From positions 1,408,001 through 1,472,000 of the forward strand of contig OZ243916.1 in the NCBI GenBank assembly GCA_965213675.1: DNA of 64,000 nt, in the 5' to 3' direction. A program made the translations under genes and the position numbers. This document shows, piece by piece, positions 29,407-39,488 of this stretch; position 1 is the first letter of the stretch; every line of letters starts with the position of its first letter. Below the pieces are notes generated by a model. The model did no database searches. It worked only from the letters and a program-made list of their open reading frames with translations, and was not told the origin of the DNA. Source of the stretch: an uncultured Candidatus Binatia bacterium. Lineage in GTDB: Bacteria; Desulfobacterota; Binatia; UBA9968; JAJDTQ01.

Positions 29407-30936
29407 ATGCGTCACATTCCGCAACTTTCGCCGCAGGATGAATACAACGAGGTGCTGGGGTCCAACACGCACCCGCCGGACTGGACCAATCCGGCGCCGG
29501 CCGACCGCTACAATCTGGTGGTCATCGGCGCCGGCACCGCCGGGCTCGTGACCGCGGCCGGGGCCGCCGGACTCGGCGCCAGGGTGGCGCTGGTGGAGCG
29601 CCATTACCTCGGCGGCGACTGCCTCAACGTGGGCTGCGTTCCGTCCAAATGTCTCATTCGTTCGTCGCGGGTGGTGGCGGAGATGCGCGAAGCAAACACG
29701 TTCGGCATCGGGCGGCCGGATGAAGTGCAGGTGGACTTCGCCGCGGTCATGGAACGCATGCGCCGCATCCGGTCGCACATCAGCCACCACGACTCGGTGA
29801 AGCGCTTCAGCGACCTGGGCGTGGACGTGTTCCTGGGAGACGCGAGCTTCACCGGCCCCGAAACCGTGGACGTGGACGGTCAGCCGCTCCACTTCAAGAA
29901 GGCCGTGATCGCCGCCGGCGCGCGCGCGGCCGCGCCCCATCCGCCCATCGAGGGGCTGGAGGAAGCGGGTTATCTGACCAACGAGACCGTGTTCTCGCTG
30001 ACCCGGCGTCCGGAGCGGCTCGCCGTCATCGGCGCCGGCCCCATCGGCTGCGAATTGGCGCAGACCTTCCAGCGCCTGGGTTGCCAGGTGATGCTGTTCC
30101 ACAACGGCGACCACATCCTCAACCGCGAAGACGCCGACGCCGCGGCCATCGTGCAGGACCAGTTCCTGCGCGAAGGCATCCAACTGGTGTTGAACAGCGC
30201 GCTCAAGCGCGTGGAGATGGAGAACGGCCGCAAGGTGGTGCACTTCGAGGCAGGCGGGACCCCCGACACGGTAACCGTGGACGAGATTCTCGTGGGGGCC
30301 GGACGCAAACCCAACGTGGACGGCCTCAACCTCGACGGCGTGGGCGTGCAGTACCACCCCTTTCGCGGCATCGTGGTGAACGACTACCTGCAGACCACCA
30401 ATCCGCGCATCTTCGCCGGCGGCGATGTGTGCATGGACTGGAAGTTCACCCATGCCGCCGACGCGGCCTCGCGCATGATCATCCAGAACGCACTCTTCTA
30501 CAAGAGCAAGAAGCTGAGTTCGCTGATCATGCCATGGGCGACGTACACCGACCCGGAGATCGCCCACGTGGGCCTGTACGAGCACGACGCCGGAAAGCAG
30601 GGCGTCGCCATCGACACCTACGTGCGCGAACTCAAGGAAGTGGACCGGGCGCTGGCCGACGGGGAGGAAGACGGCTTCGTCAAGATCCACGTGAAGAAGG
30701 GCACGGACACGATCGTTGGCGGCACCATCGTGGCGCGCCACGCCGGCGAGATGATCAGCGAAATCACCCTGGCCATGGCCGGCAAGGTCGGCCTCGGCGC
30801 CATCGGCAACGTCATTCACCCCTACCCCACCCAGGCCGAAGCCATCAAGCAGGCCGGCGACGCCTACAACCGCACACGGCTGACGCCCACGGTGAAGAAG
30901 ATATTTCAGCGCTGGCTGGCGTGGAGCCGGCGATAG
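29407..30936 (+). CDS. Pyridine nucleotide-disulfide oxidoreductase (mercuric reductase / dihydrolipoamide dehydrogenase-like)
   Basis: IGAGTAG, GGDCLNVGCVPSK, IGAGPIG, HPYPT; no C-terminal CC pair. Confidence 0.85.
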   Translation: MRHIPQLSPQDEYNEVLGSNTHPPDWTNPAPADRYNLVVIGAGTAGLVTAAGAAGLGARVALVERHYLGGDCLNVGCVPSKCLIRSSRVVAEMREANTFGIGRPDEVQVDFAAVMERMRRIRSHISHHDSVKRFSDLGVDVFLGDASFTGPETVDVDGQPLHFKKAVIAAGARAAAPHPPIEGLEEAGYLTNETVFSLTRRPERLAVIGAGPIGCELAQTFQRLGCQVMLFHNGDHILNREDADAAAIVQDQFLREGIQLVLNSALKRVEMENGRKVVHFEAGGTPDTVTVDEILVGAGRKPNVDGLNLDGVGVQYHPFRGIVVNDYLQTTNPRIFAGGDVCMDWKFTHAADAASRMIIQNALFYKSKKLSSLIMPWATYTDPEIAHVGLYEHDAGKQGVAIDTYVRELKEVDRALADGEEDGFVKIHVKKGTDTIVGGTIVARHAGEMISEITLAMAGKVGLGAIGNVIHPYPTQAEAIKQAGDAYNRTRLTPTVKKIFQRWLAWSRR

Positions 30937-31035
30937 TTCGCCCGCGCCGTCGCCTCGCCGCAATGAAAGCGACCCGGCATGGTTCGGGATGTGGACGGGC
31001 CGTTTCGCGGGCGTCGCGCATCCAACGCAGACAAG

Positions 31036-32700
31036 CTACTGTCTGGACGAACTTCGGAGGCGCCGCCCCAGCGCGATCAGGAACATGACGCTCTTGCCGG
31101 CGGCGTGGGGCGAGAAGAACGCGGTGACGTCGTCGTCGAAAAAGGTCAGGCCGGAAGCCCCGAACCCTTGGGCGTAGGCCGCCAGGTAGATGCGACCCGC
31201 GGCAACCGCGGCGTCCATCTGCGCGAGACGGTAGCCGCGGTTGCCGTAGCGCCGCAGCACCGCCTCAAGGTCCGTCATGAAGTAGACGTTGACACTGGCG
31301 TCGGCCGGGATCTCCTGACCCAGTCCGAGAAAGCCGGCCTCCTTGCGGAAATTGCCTTCCTTGAGAAGCTCCAGCCGTTCGTCGTCGCGGTGCTGGACGT
31401 AAGCCCCCGGCGCCATGCCATCCACGTGATGGACGATGAGATAGATCTGGTTGAGCGCGCGCGACCCGACGGGGTCGGCGTCGGTGGCGACCCCGCGCGT
31501 GGCGTAATGCAGGGCGTTGGACAACTGGCCGAGGCTGATGGACTCGCGGGAGAAGCGGCGCGAGGAGCCGCGGCGCAGGATCACCGGCTCGATGCCGTCT
31601 GCCGGGAGTTCCGCCGCCGCATCGACACTCAGCGTCACCCTGCGGCCAGCCGCCCCACCCGCGGGTGGGGCGTCCTCGCCCGGTTTCTCGGGAGCCCGTC
31701 CAGAACCCTCTCCGCTTCTCCCAGGAACGGTCGCCACGGGTGGCGCGGACGCTGTCTCCAGCGTGTCCGTTCGCGCCCGGCTCGAAGCGGTCGCGCCGCC
31801 CTCGCCTTCACGCCAACGCCGCGCCTCACCGCCGCTCTCCAGGCATGACGCCGCGTGCGCCTCCCGGATGGAAGGGTAGTCCACTTCGCGGGCGGACAGC
31901 GGCCGGGTAGCGGGGTGAAGCATCGCCGGCGCTTCAGCGTTGGCGGCCGTGGGCGCGGGTGCGCCGCCCAGGGGCACGAGGCACAGCGACACTTCCTTGC
32001 CGGTATCGAGACCCAACAGACGGTTCACCAGCGCGTCGGCGAAGCCCATGACCGTTCGCGACGGAATGCCGCGCGCCACGGCCGCAGCGAGGCAGTTGGC
32101 CAGCAAGGTGCCGCCGTCCCAGAAGCAGTGCCGGTACGCACGGTCGCGATATTTCCAGCTATTGCGCCAGAAGGTGGAGGTGAGCACCAGCACCACCGGA
32201 GCGCGCGCCACCGCGGGCTCGCCGCCGCTCGCCTCCACCAGCACGCCGCGATGATCGCCGGCGCGCAACGGAGTGAGGGCGAAACGGTCGGGGGCGAAAT
32301 GGTAGACGCCGGCGTCCAGGTCGGGCGCCGGACCTGTGACCGCATAGACGTCGATGTGGTAGAGCGCGCCCGTGCACGCCGCCGCGCGAAAGAGCATCTC
32401 GCCGCCGAAGTAGCGGCGGCGGCGCGTGACACCGGCGCAGAGAAACAATACCTCCGCCAACTCCGCGCGGGTCACGCCGCGCTCCAGTTCCGGGACCGTC
32501 CCGGAAATCGCCCGCAACGCCGGCACGCCCGTCGACTGGAGGCGCTGCTCCAGCGGCAGCGATTCCAGGTTCTTGTAGACCTTGAAGGGGTGCGGCTGGT
32601 TGTCCCAGTCCAGGTGGTGGGGACCGCTGCGAACGCTCGCGAGCGAGTGCTTGGTGCGTTCGTGGTAATCCCGCGCCGCGGCGATGTCTCGATTGTTCAT
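31036..32700 (-). CDS. SagB/ThcOx family (two-domain nitroreductase-like) dehydrogenase
   Basis: YHERTKHS, LDWDNQP, RAAACTGALY, WKYRDRAYR, RRGSSRRF, FFDDDV. Confidence 0.85.
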   Translation of the reverse strand: MNNRDIAAARDYHERTKHSLASVRSGPHHLDWDNQPHPFKVYKNLESLPLEQRLQSTGVPALRAISGTVPELERGVTRAELAEVLFLCAGVTRRRRYFGGEMLFRAAACTGALYHIDVYAVTGPAPDLDAGVYHFAPDRFALTPLRAGDHRGVLVEASGGEPAVARAPVVLVLTSTFWRNSWKYRDRAYRHCFWDGGTLLANCLAAAVARGIPSRTVMGFADALVNRLLGLDTGKEVSLCLVPLGGAPAPTAANAEAPAMLHPATRPLSAREVDYPSIREAHAASCLESGGEARRWREGEGGATASSRARTDTLETASAPPVATVPGRSGEGSGRAPEKPGEDAPPAGGAAGRRVTLSVDAAAELPADGIEPVILRRGSSRRFSRESISLGQLSNALHYATRGVATDADPVGSRALNQIYLIVHHVDGMAPGAYVQHRDDERLELLKEGNFRKEAGFLGLGQEIPADASVNVYFMTDLEAVLRRYGNRGYRLAQMDAAVAAGRIYLAAYAQGFGASGLTFFDDDVTAFFSPHAAGKSVMFLIALGRRLRSSSRQ

Positions 32701-32759
32701 GGGACCGAAGACCTCGTCCCGCGCCACCTTGAGCACGCGCCGGTCGTTCCGGAGTTCCG

Positions 32760-33170
32760 TCAGGAGGGATGGGCCAGCGCCTTGCGCCGGGCCTCGGCGG
32801 GGTCGCAATCGGAGCCGCGGTCCCGGGTGATGAGAGAACGAAGGCTCTCGGTGTGCTCCAGCCACGCCACGCGTACCGCCTCGGGCACCTGGAACTCTTC
32901 CAGCGTCTCCCGCAGGATCTGCAGCCGGCGGGCGAACTGACCACCCATGATGGGATGGGGCGCGTGGGCCTGTTCGAGGGGACGCCCTTCGTACTGGACG
33001 TCGGCGCCGAGGACCCGCGCCGTGAACTGGAATTCCAGCTTCTTGACCCGTTCGCGGTCTGCGTTGCGGAAGAAGAAACCGATCATGAGGTCATCGAAGA
33101 TCCGGTCCACAAAGACGTCGATGACTTCTCGCAGGCGCTCCGAGCCGATCTCGTCAAACAAGGAAGCCGT
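32760..33170 (-). CDS. Group 1 truncated hemoglobin
   Basis: SLFDEIG...FVDRIFDDLMIGFFF...YEGRPLEQAH; start is ACG (33170) after AGGAG, or TTG (33161). Confidence 0.8.
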   Translation of the reverse strand, partial: TASLFDEIGSERLREVIDVFVDRIFDDLMIGFFFRNADRERVKKLEFQFTARVLGADVQYEGRPLEQAHAPHPIMGGQFARRLQILRETLEEFQVPEAVRVAWLEHTESLRSLITRDRGSDCDPAEARRKALAHPS

Positions 33171-33220
33171 GGGTTTCTCTCCTGTGATCCCGAAGACGCG
33201 AGCCCGGCGGCGCCGCCTCC

Positions 33221-33550
33221 CTACTCTTTCGCGGCAGGGTTGAGCAACGCGGCCAGCTCGCCCCGCTCGTGCAGTTCGTGAACGATGTCGCAGCCACCCA
33301 GGAACTGGCCGTCGACGTAGATCTGAGGGATGGTGGGCCACTTCGAGTACTGCTTCACGCCCTCCCGGACCTGCGGGTCGGAGAGTACGTCGAAGCTCTC
33401 GAACTCCGTGTTGTGGGCGCGCAGGATGTCCACCGTGTGGGCGGAGAAGCCGCACTGGGGAAAGTTCGGAGTGCCCTTCATGAACACCATCACCCGGTTG
33501 TTCTTCACTTGCTCTTCGATCCTGCCGAGAACGTCATCCGCCATGGTCAT
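33221..33550 (-). CDS. grxD: Monothiol glutaredoxin Grx4
   Basis: FMKGTP..PQCGFS, WPTIPQ, GGCDI. Confidence 0.95.
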   Translation of the reverse strand: MTMADDVLGRIEEQVKNNRVMVFMKGTPNFPQCGFSAHTVDILRAHNTEFESFDVLSDPQVREGVKQYSKWPTIPQIYVDGQFLGGCDIVHELHERGELAALLNPAAKE

Positions 33551-33836
33551 GTACCTCCGTTATGGGTGATCGTGTCGTGTCATGCAGATTCGTACAACCT
33601 GTTTCGACACGCAACACCCTTATGCTGCGTGTCACGAATACGTTTACCAACATGCTTGTCCTGTTCGCGCCGGCTGCGTTGCGTCGTCCCCCGGCTTGAC
33701 CCGGGGTAATCCACGCGTCTTGCGCGCTGGGGCGACCGGCACCCCGACCCACGGCCCTGCGGTCGCGGTGTCCCGGCACAGCCGCCGCAGGTTGCCCCTG
33801 CGGGTCATCGCGCCTTGCCGCCGGGTGAGCGGCGCG

Positions 33837-34145
33837 TCAAAGCTCGACCTCGATATCGGAACCGGAAACGCGCACGTTGAATTTGTCGACGCCCACGTCC
33901 GCCGGCGGACTCGATGCCTCGCCCGTAGTGATGTCGAACATGGCTCCGTGCCACGGGCACTGGATCTCCTTGCCCATGACCTCCCCTTCGGACAACGGCG
34001 CGCCGCGATGGGTGCAGATGTCGTCGATGGCGTAATAGGATCCTTCCAGATTGAACAGCGCCACCCGGCGGCCATTGACCTCCACCAGCTTGGGCTTGCC
34101 GGGCTCCACATCCCCGGTGGTCGCTACCTTGACATACTCAGCCAT
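33837..34145 (-). CDS. Rieske-type [2Fe-2S] ferredoxin
   Basis: CTH...CPWH; GAGGGAGG RBS. Confidence 0.9.
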   Translation of the reverse strand: MAEYVKVATTGDVEPGKPKLVEVNGRRVALFNLEGSYYAIDDICTHRGAPLSEGEVMGKEIQCPWHGAMFDITTGEASSPPADVGVDKFNVRVSGSDIEVEL

Positions 34146-34258
34146 GCGATTCCTCCCTCTGGACCCTCCGCCGGGCCGGCGTCGCCCCCTGTAACCGATT
34201 CCGATTGAACTCGAGTTGAACGGACCGCAACGAGCACACGGCCGCAGTGATTCGTGCC

Positions 34259-34759
34259 TCAGCGCGCCTCGGCGGCCGCAGTGCCCTTGACCAGCCAGCG
34301 CTCGCGCATGACCTTGTCCTGAATCCGCAGAAGGCCTTCGGTCAGGGCCTCGGGGCGCGGCGGGCAACCCGGGACATACACGTCCACGGGCACGATCTTG
34401 TCAACGCCCTTGCACACCGAGTAGGCCATCTGGAACAGCCCGCCGCAGTTGGAGCAGCTTCCCATGGAGATCACGTACTTCGGATCGGGCATCTGATCGT
34501 AGAGCAGCCGCGTGCGCTTGGCCATCTTGTAAGTCAGGGTGCCCGCCACGATCATCAGGTCCGACTGGCGCGGCGTGGCCCGGGGCACGCACCCGAACCG
34601 GTCGAGGTCCGCGCGCGGCCCGCCGGTCTGCATGAGCTCGATGGCGCAACAGGCCAGCCCGAACAACATGTACCACTGGGACGACGCCCTGCCCCAGTTC
34701 AACAGATCGTCGACACGAGTGGTGAACACGGTCTCGGGGAGACTGTTGGTAATCGGCAT
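34259..34759 (-). CDS. nuoB: NADH-quinone oxidoreductase subunit B (stand-alone)
   Basis: [34 protein letters not shown]. Confidence 0.93.
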   Translation of the reverse strand: MPITNSLPETVFTTRVDDLLNWGRASSQWYMLFGLACCAIELMQTGGPRADLDRFGCVPRATPRQSDLMIVAGTLTYKMAKRTRLLYDQMPDPKYVISMGSCSNCGGLFQMAYSVCKGVDKIVPVDVYVPGCPPRPEALTEGLLRIQDKVMRERWLVKGTAAAEAR

Positions 34760-35009
34760 CGAATCCTCCTGCAACGCGTCCGGAAAAGGGCCGCTGGATC
34801 GCGACTCCGCAAGAACCAACCAGCATAAAACACCCAAGGACGCCTTTCAAGTCCATGTGGCCTTCAGGCGGTCCCGGATGTCTGTCCCGCAAGGCAGGAT
34901 CGTGCCTCGCCCCCTTCCCGCCTTGCAACACCGTGTCCATGTCGCGGCGCCCCGCTGTGGTTCCGTCGCAATTGCAATCTCCTGCCCACTCCCCTATGAG
35001 AGGACACAT

Positions 35010-35134
35010 GAGGGTCCACACACGAGGGTCCACACACGGTTGCCATGCGGGTTACCGCCGGCATCGTCTCATGGTTCCTCGTATGACAGGACTCGCACGA
35101 CAGGATACTTGAGGGTCCACTCTTGAGGGTCCAC
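35010..35134. repeat. Four GAGGGTCCAC direct repeats in two tandem pairs
   Basis: Exact copies at 35010, 35024, 35111, 35125. Confidence 0.85.
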
Positions 35135-35292
35135 TCGTTGTGGCGGAGCGCCGCCGGGTTGCCTTCGCCCTGGACTTGGGCGGGCGTTTCAAGACCCCTG
35201 CGGGACTGCGGGATAGTAGTGAGCCGGAACAAGCGACCTTCCGCCCGGGGCGCGCGAGAAGCGCGTGGAGCCATTTGACCACACCTGACGCC

Positions 35293-35697
35293 ATGTTCCC
35301 CCGACTCCTGCTGCTGTTCACCGTGGTGCCACTGGCGGAACTCTACCTGCTCATCAAGGTGGGCTCGATGATCGGCGGGCTCCACACGATTTTGCTGGTG
35401 CTCGGCACCGGAGTGCTTGGGGCATTCCTTGCCAAGCTGGAGGGGCTGCGTACCCTGGGGCAGATCCAGCGAAATCTGAGCCAGGGGATCGTTCCGGCCG
35501 AGGAAATGGTGGACGGCGTCATCATCCTGGTGGCGGGCCTGCTGCTGATTACCCCGGGCATCCTCACGGATGCGTTCGGCTTCCTCATGCTCATCCCGAA
35601 TACTCGGAACGCGTTCAAGCGCTGGCTGCGGCGGCGTTTCGATCGCGCCACCGCCACCACGCGCATCTACACGCCGGGCGGGCCGCGCCCGTTGTAA
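35293..35697 (+). CDS. fxsA: FxsA family membrane protein
   Basis: VPLAELYLLIKVG, LLITPGILTD. Confidence 0.9.
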   Translation: MFPRLLLLFTVVPLAELYLLIKVGSMIGGLHTILLVLGTGVLGAFLAKLEGLRTLGQIQRNLSQGIVPAEEMVDGVIILVAGLLLITPGILTDAFGFLMLIPNTRNAFKRWLRRRFDRATATTRIYTPGGPRPL

Positions 35698-35770
35698 ACC
35701 CAAACCATTCTCCCCGGAAAGGAATACGATGCGCGCGTTCGATTTTCGCCCTCAAGCGGATTCGTAGGCC

Positions 35771-37150
35771 ATGAGGGCCGACGCCGCCACGCCTGCGCCC
35801 CCACCCTCCGACGCGCGCGACCTGCTGCGCCTCGCCGTCCCGGCATCCCTGGCCATTGCCAGCGAGCCGGTCCTCAACATCGTCGACACGGCCATGATCG
35901 GCCACCTGGGCGTGGAGCCGCTGGCGGCCAAGGCCATCGCCACGAGCCTCATCGGCGCGGTGAGCTGGATTTTCGCGTTCCTGATCTTCGGCACGACGAG
36001 CCTGGTGGCAAGCCAGTACGGCTCGCGCAACTACCCGGCCTGCGGCGAGATCTTCCGCCACGCCTTGGCGCTGGCCGTGGCCGGCGGGACGTTGGCGGCT
36101 TCCCTCTGCTTTCTGTTCGCGCCCCAACTCTACTCGATCATGGGCGCGACGCCCGCGGTCGCCGAACTGGGCATCCCCTACTTCCGCATCCGCTGCGCCG
36201 CCATCCCCATGTTGTTCTCCATCTACGCGGCGGTGGGGTTCCTGCGCGGCGTCCAGAACACGGTCGCCCCGATGCTCGTCGCGTTTGCCATGAGCGCGAC
36301 CCACATCGTGCTGGACTACGCGCTGATCTACGGCGGGTTCGGGTTCCCCGCCCTGGGGCTGCGAGGCGCGGCCGTGGCCGCGGTGGCGGCGCACGGGTTG
36401 GGCATCGCGGCGTACCTCCGGCTGCTGTTGTTTTCGGACTACACCGGACCCTACGAACTCAACAGCTGGAAACTTCGGGTGCGGCGTTTCCGCAACCTCT
36501 CCCGGATCGCCGGGGACCTGGCGGTGCGCACCGCCGGGCTGCGGCTGTCCCTGGTATTCGCCACGGCCATTCTGGCGCGCATGGGGCCAGTGTATCTCGC
36601 GGCCTACGAGATCGTCTTTCAGCTCTTCATCTTCTGCTCCGACACCATCGATGGGCTGGCCGTGGCCGGGCAGACGCTGGTGGCGCGGCACCTGGGGGCC
36701 GGTCATGGCCGCCGGGCGCTACGCCTGGGGCGCATGCTGGTGGGCTGGGGCTGCGCCGGCGGCGCCCTATTCGGCCTGGCCTACTTCGCGCTCCAGGAAC
36801 CGCTCCTGCGCTTCTTCACGGACGCCGCCGCGGTGACGGAGATCGTGCGCACCGAAGCCTTCCTGCTGCTGGTGGTGTTCCAGCCCCTCAACGGGATCGT
36901 GTTCGCGCTGGACGGGTTCCTGCTGGGCGCCCACGACACCCGGTTTCTCATGTGGGCGATGTTGGCGGGGGGCCTGCTCCTGTTCGCGCCTCTCACCGGC
37001 CTCGCCTTCCACCTGGAACTGGGTCTGCTCGGGGTGTGGTCCGGGTTCAGTCTGTTCATGGTCCAGCGCGTGAGCGCGAACCTGTGGCGCCTGTTCAGCC
37101 AGCGCTGGGAAGGAGCCTTCGCCGCCTACCACGCCGGGCACGGCGGTTGA
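35771..37150 (+). CDS. MATE family efflux transporter (DinF-like)
   Basis: VDTAMIGHLG, GFLRGVQNT, multiple TMs. Confidence 0.9.
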   Translation: MRADAATPAPPPSDARDLLRLAVPASLAIASEPVLNIVDTAMIGHLGVEPLAAKAIATSLIGAVSWIFAFLIFGTTSLVASQYGSRNYPACGEIFRHALALAVAGGTLAASLCFLFAPQLYSIMGATPAVAELGIPYFRIRCAAIPMLFSIYAAVGFLRGVQNTVAPMLVAFAMSATHIVLDYALIYGGFGFPALGLRGAAVAAVAAHGLGIAAYLRLLLFSDYTGPYELNSWKLRVRRFRNLSRIAGDLAVRTAGLRLSLVFATAILARMGPVYLAAYEIVFQLFIFCSDTIDGLAVAGQTLVARHLGAGHGRRALRLGRMLVGWGCAGGALFGLAYFALQEPLLRFFTDAAAVTEIVRTEAFLLLVVFQPLNGIVFALDGFLLGAHDTRFLMWAMLAGGLLLFAPLTGLAFHLELGLLGVWSGFSLFMVQRVSANLWRLFSQRWEGAFAAYHAGHGG

Positions 37151-37186
37151 GCCTGCTCGGGACGCGAAGCGGCACTGACAATTCCA

Positions 37187-37290
37187 ATGGTCATTCCCGC
37201 GGACGCGGGAATCCTGGGATGGCGAGGGGCCATACGGCATGTCTCCCCACCTTGCCCCGCCTGGATTCCCGCTTGCGCGGGAATGACCAT
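37187..37290. repeat. Inverted pair of ATTCCC-N8-GGGAAT REP-like palindromes (single copy at 44618-44650)
   Basis: GTCATTCCCGCGGACGCGGGAATCC ... GGATTCCCGCTTGCGCGGGAATGAC. Confidence 0.8.
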
Positions 37291-37473
37291 ACGGGGGTTC
37301 TGCGGCTCAGGAGTCTTGACACCGCCTGTTCCCCACGACTGACGACTCGGACCGTGGGCGCTGTTTGTCCTCGCAACGGCGCTCTGGCGCGGGTTGCTTT
37401 TCAATCCGCACCGGGATATGGATCGGCTGGCCTGGAGGGACACGAACGGGGCGTACGCGGTCCCGCGCCCCAG

Positions 37474-37632
37474 GAGCCTGTCGGGATTATCGAATCGTAG
37501 CGAGAGGCAGAGAAATGGAGGCCAGTTTCGGGCGGATTTGAGGAGAATAACGGTAATATTGGACGAAAATCCAACCGGAAGTGGACCCATTTCGCTGCCT
37601 CGCAGCAGATTCTTGATAAACCCGACAGGCTC
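37474..37632. mobile_element. 159-bp MITE family A, copy 2
   Basis: TIRs GAGCCTGTCGGGATTATC / GATAAACCCGACAGGCTC flanked by a CCAG direct repeat. Confidence 0.88.
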
Positions 37633-37669
37633 CCAGGCTTGAACCGCAAACAAGGAGGGACACAGGAGC

Positions 37670-38398
37670 ATGGCGGATGTTGTGATCGTAACCGGAGGGG
37701 CCGGTGGCTTGGGCTCCGAAGTCTGCGCCGCGCTGGCCAAGGACGGGCTTCGGGTCGTGGTCGCCGATTTCAGAAGGGATGACGCGGAGGCCGTGGCGGC
37801 CAAGCTCAAGTCCCAGGGCGGCGAGGCCATGGCGGTGGGCGTGGACGTGGGCGACAAGCAGAGCGTCGACGCCATGGTGCAGAGCGCCCTCGACGCCCAT
37901 GGACAGCTCGACGTGCAGATCAACTTCGCCGGCCTCATGGGGCGCGTTCCCATCGCCGAGATGACGGAAGAGGAGTGGGACCGGGTCATTCGCGTGAACC
38001 TGCGGGGCGTGTTCCTGTGCAGCCAGGCCGCGGGCGCGGCCATGCGCGCGCGGGGGGGCGGACGCATCCTCAATGTGGCGTCCGGACGCGGCATCGCCGG
38101 CGCGCCCAAGTCGGCGCACTACGCGGCCTCCAAGGCGGGCGTCATCGCCTTCACCAAGACCATGGCCGTGGAGGTCGCTTCGGACAACATCCTGGTCAAC
38201 AACATCTGCCCCGGACGCGCCGATACGCCCATGGCCCGGGCGGGCTACACCGACGAGCAGTGGCACGCCATCCAGGCCCTGAATCCGTTGCACGGCGGCT
38301 TGACCCAGAAGGACGAGATCACCGGGCTGGTGCGCTACCTGGTGTCCGATGCGGCGCGGTACATCACGGGGCAGACGTTCCTGTTGAGGACGCCATAG
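37670..38398 (+). CDS. SDR family oxidoreductase
   Basis: TGGAGGLG, YAASK. Confidence 0.9.
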   Translation: MADVVIVTGGAGGLGSEVCAALAKDGLRVVVADFRRDDAEAVAAKLKSQGGEAMAVGVDVGDKQSVDAMVQSALDAHGQLDVQINFAGLMGRVPIAEMTEEEWDRVIRVNLRGVFLCSQAAGAAMRARGGGRILNVASGRGIAGAPKSAHYAASKAGVIAFTKTMAVEVASDNILVNNICPGRADTPMARAGYTDEQWHAIQALNPLHGGLTQKDEITGLVRYLVSDAARYITGQTFLLRTP

Positions 38399-38643
38399 TC
38401 TCGTGTCCCGGAATTTCCAGGAGCCTGCGCCGCCGGCTGCGTGACGTCACCCCGAGTTCGACCCGGGGTCTTCGTCGCGTGGCGCCCGCCGGTCGCCCCT
38501 GCAAGTCATGGCGCGCTGCCGGCATCATGTCATCGCGCCTTGCCGGGGGGCTCGTTGAAGGCGAAGCGTCTTTGCGCCGCTGGTCCTGAGCGTAGCGGCG
38601 CCTCAGCGAAACGAATTCGAGGGACGCTGTTTCAGGAGGTGAC

Positions 38644-39372
38644 ATGTCACAGGTCATCGTGGTAACCGGGGGCGCCGGCGGCATCGGATCGGCCATCTGC
38701 CGGGCGCTGGCGAAGGACGGCCACCGCGTCGTGGCGGCGGATTTCAACGGCGAAGGAGCGCAGGCGCTCGTCGCGGACATCGAAGAGGGTGGCGGCCATG
38801 CGCTGGCCGTGCAGGTGGACGTGGGCGACAAGACCAGCGTGGACAGCATGGTGGCGGCGGCCATCGACAAGTACGGGCACATCGACGTGCAGCTCAACGC
38901 TGCGGGGGTGATCAAGCGTTGCCCCGTGCTGGAGATGCCGGCGGAGGAATGGGAGCGGGTCATCCGCGTCAACCTGACCGGGCTCTTCCTGTGCTCTCAG
39001 GCCGCAGGCAGGCACATGGCCGAGCGCCAATCGGGCCGCATCATCAACGTGGCCTCCGGCCGGGGCGTCACGGGTCAGGCGCTGGGCTCCCACTACGCGG
39101 CCTCCAAGGGCGGGGTCATCACCTTCACCAAGACCCTGGCCATGGAGCTGGCGCCCTACAATGTCACGGCCAACGCCATCGGACCCGGCGCCACCGAGAC
39201 GGACATGGCCCGCGCCGGCATGTCCGAGGAACAGTGGACCCGGAAACAGACCGCGTCTCCGCTCCTTGGAGGCTTCACGCAGAAGGACGAGATCACGGGT
39301 CTGATCCGCTACCTGATTTCGGACGCCGCGCGCTACATATCGGGCCAGCTCTTTCTCTTGCGCGCCGCGTAA
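38644..39372 (+). CDS. SDR family oxidoreductase (tandem paralog)
   Basis: TGGAGGIG, YAASK; similar to 37670-38398. Confidence 0.9.
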   Translation: MSQVIVVTGGAGGIGSAICRALAKDGHRVVAADFNGEGAQALVADIEEGGGHALAVQVDVGDKTSVDSMVAAAIDKYGHIDVQLNAAGVIKRCPVLEMPAEEWERVIRVNLTGLFLCSQAAGRHMAERQSGRIINVASGRGVTGQALGSHYAASKGGVITFTKTLAMELAPYNVTANAIGPGATETDMARAGMSEEQWTRKQTASPLLGGFTQKDEITGLIRYLISDAARYISGQLFLLRAA

Positions 39373-39488
39373 CCGCGGAGCGCCGCCGGCCTGTGCGGCG
39401 GAAACCGCCGCGACACTGCCGCGCTCCTGGTGCGCCGTTTCCGGGACGCCACACCGGGAGGCGACAGCATGGAACGGAGACCGGAGGC

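Noticed and set aside
29407-30936. merA mercury resistance
   Set aside because: No N-terminal metal-binding domain, no C-terminal Cys-Cys pair and no mer operon genes
31036-32700. Thiazole/oxazole RiPP cluster
   Set aside because: No YcaO cyclodehydratase or precursor peptide nearby; stand-alone SagB-like proteins are common
35108-35136. HspR HAIR operator upstream of fxsA
   Set aside because: CTTGAG is present but arranged as direct repeats, not the CTTGAGT-N7-ACTCAAG inverted repeat
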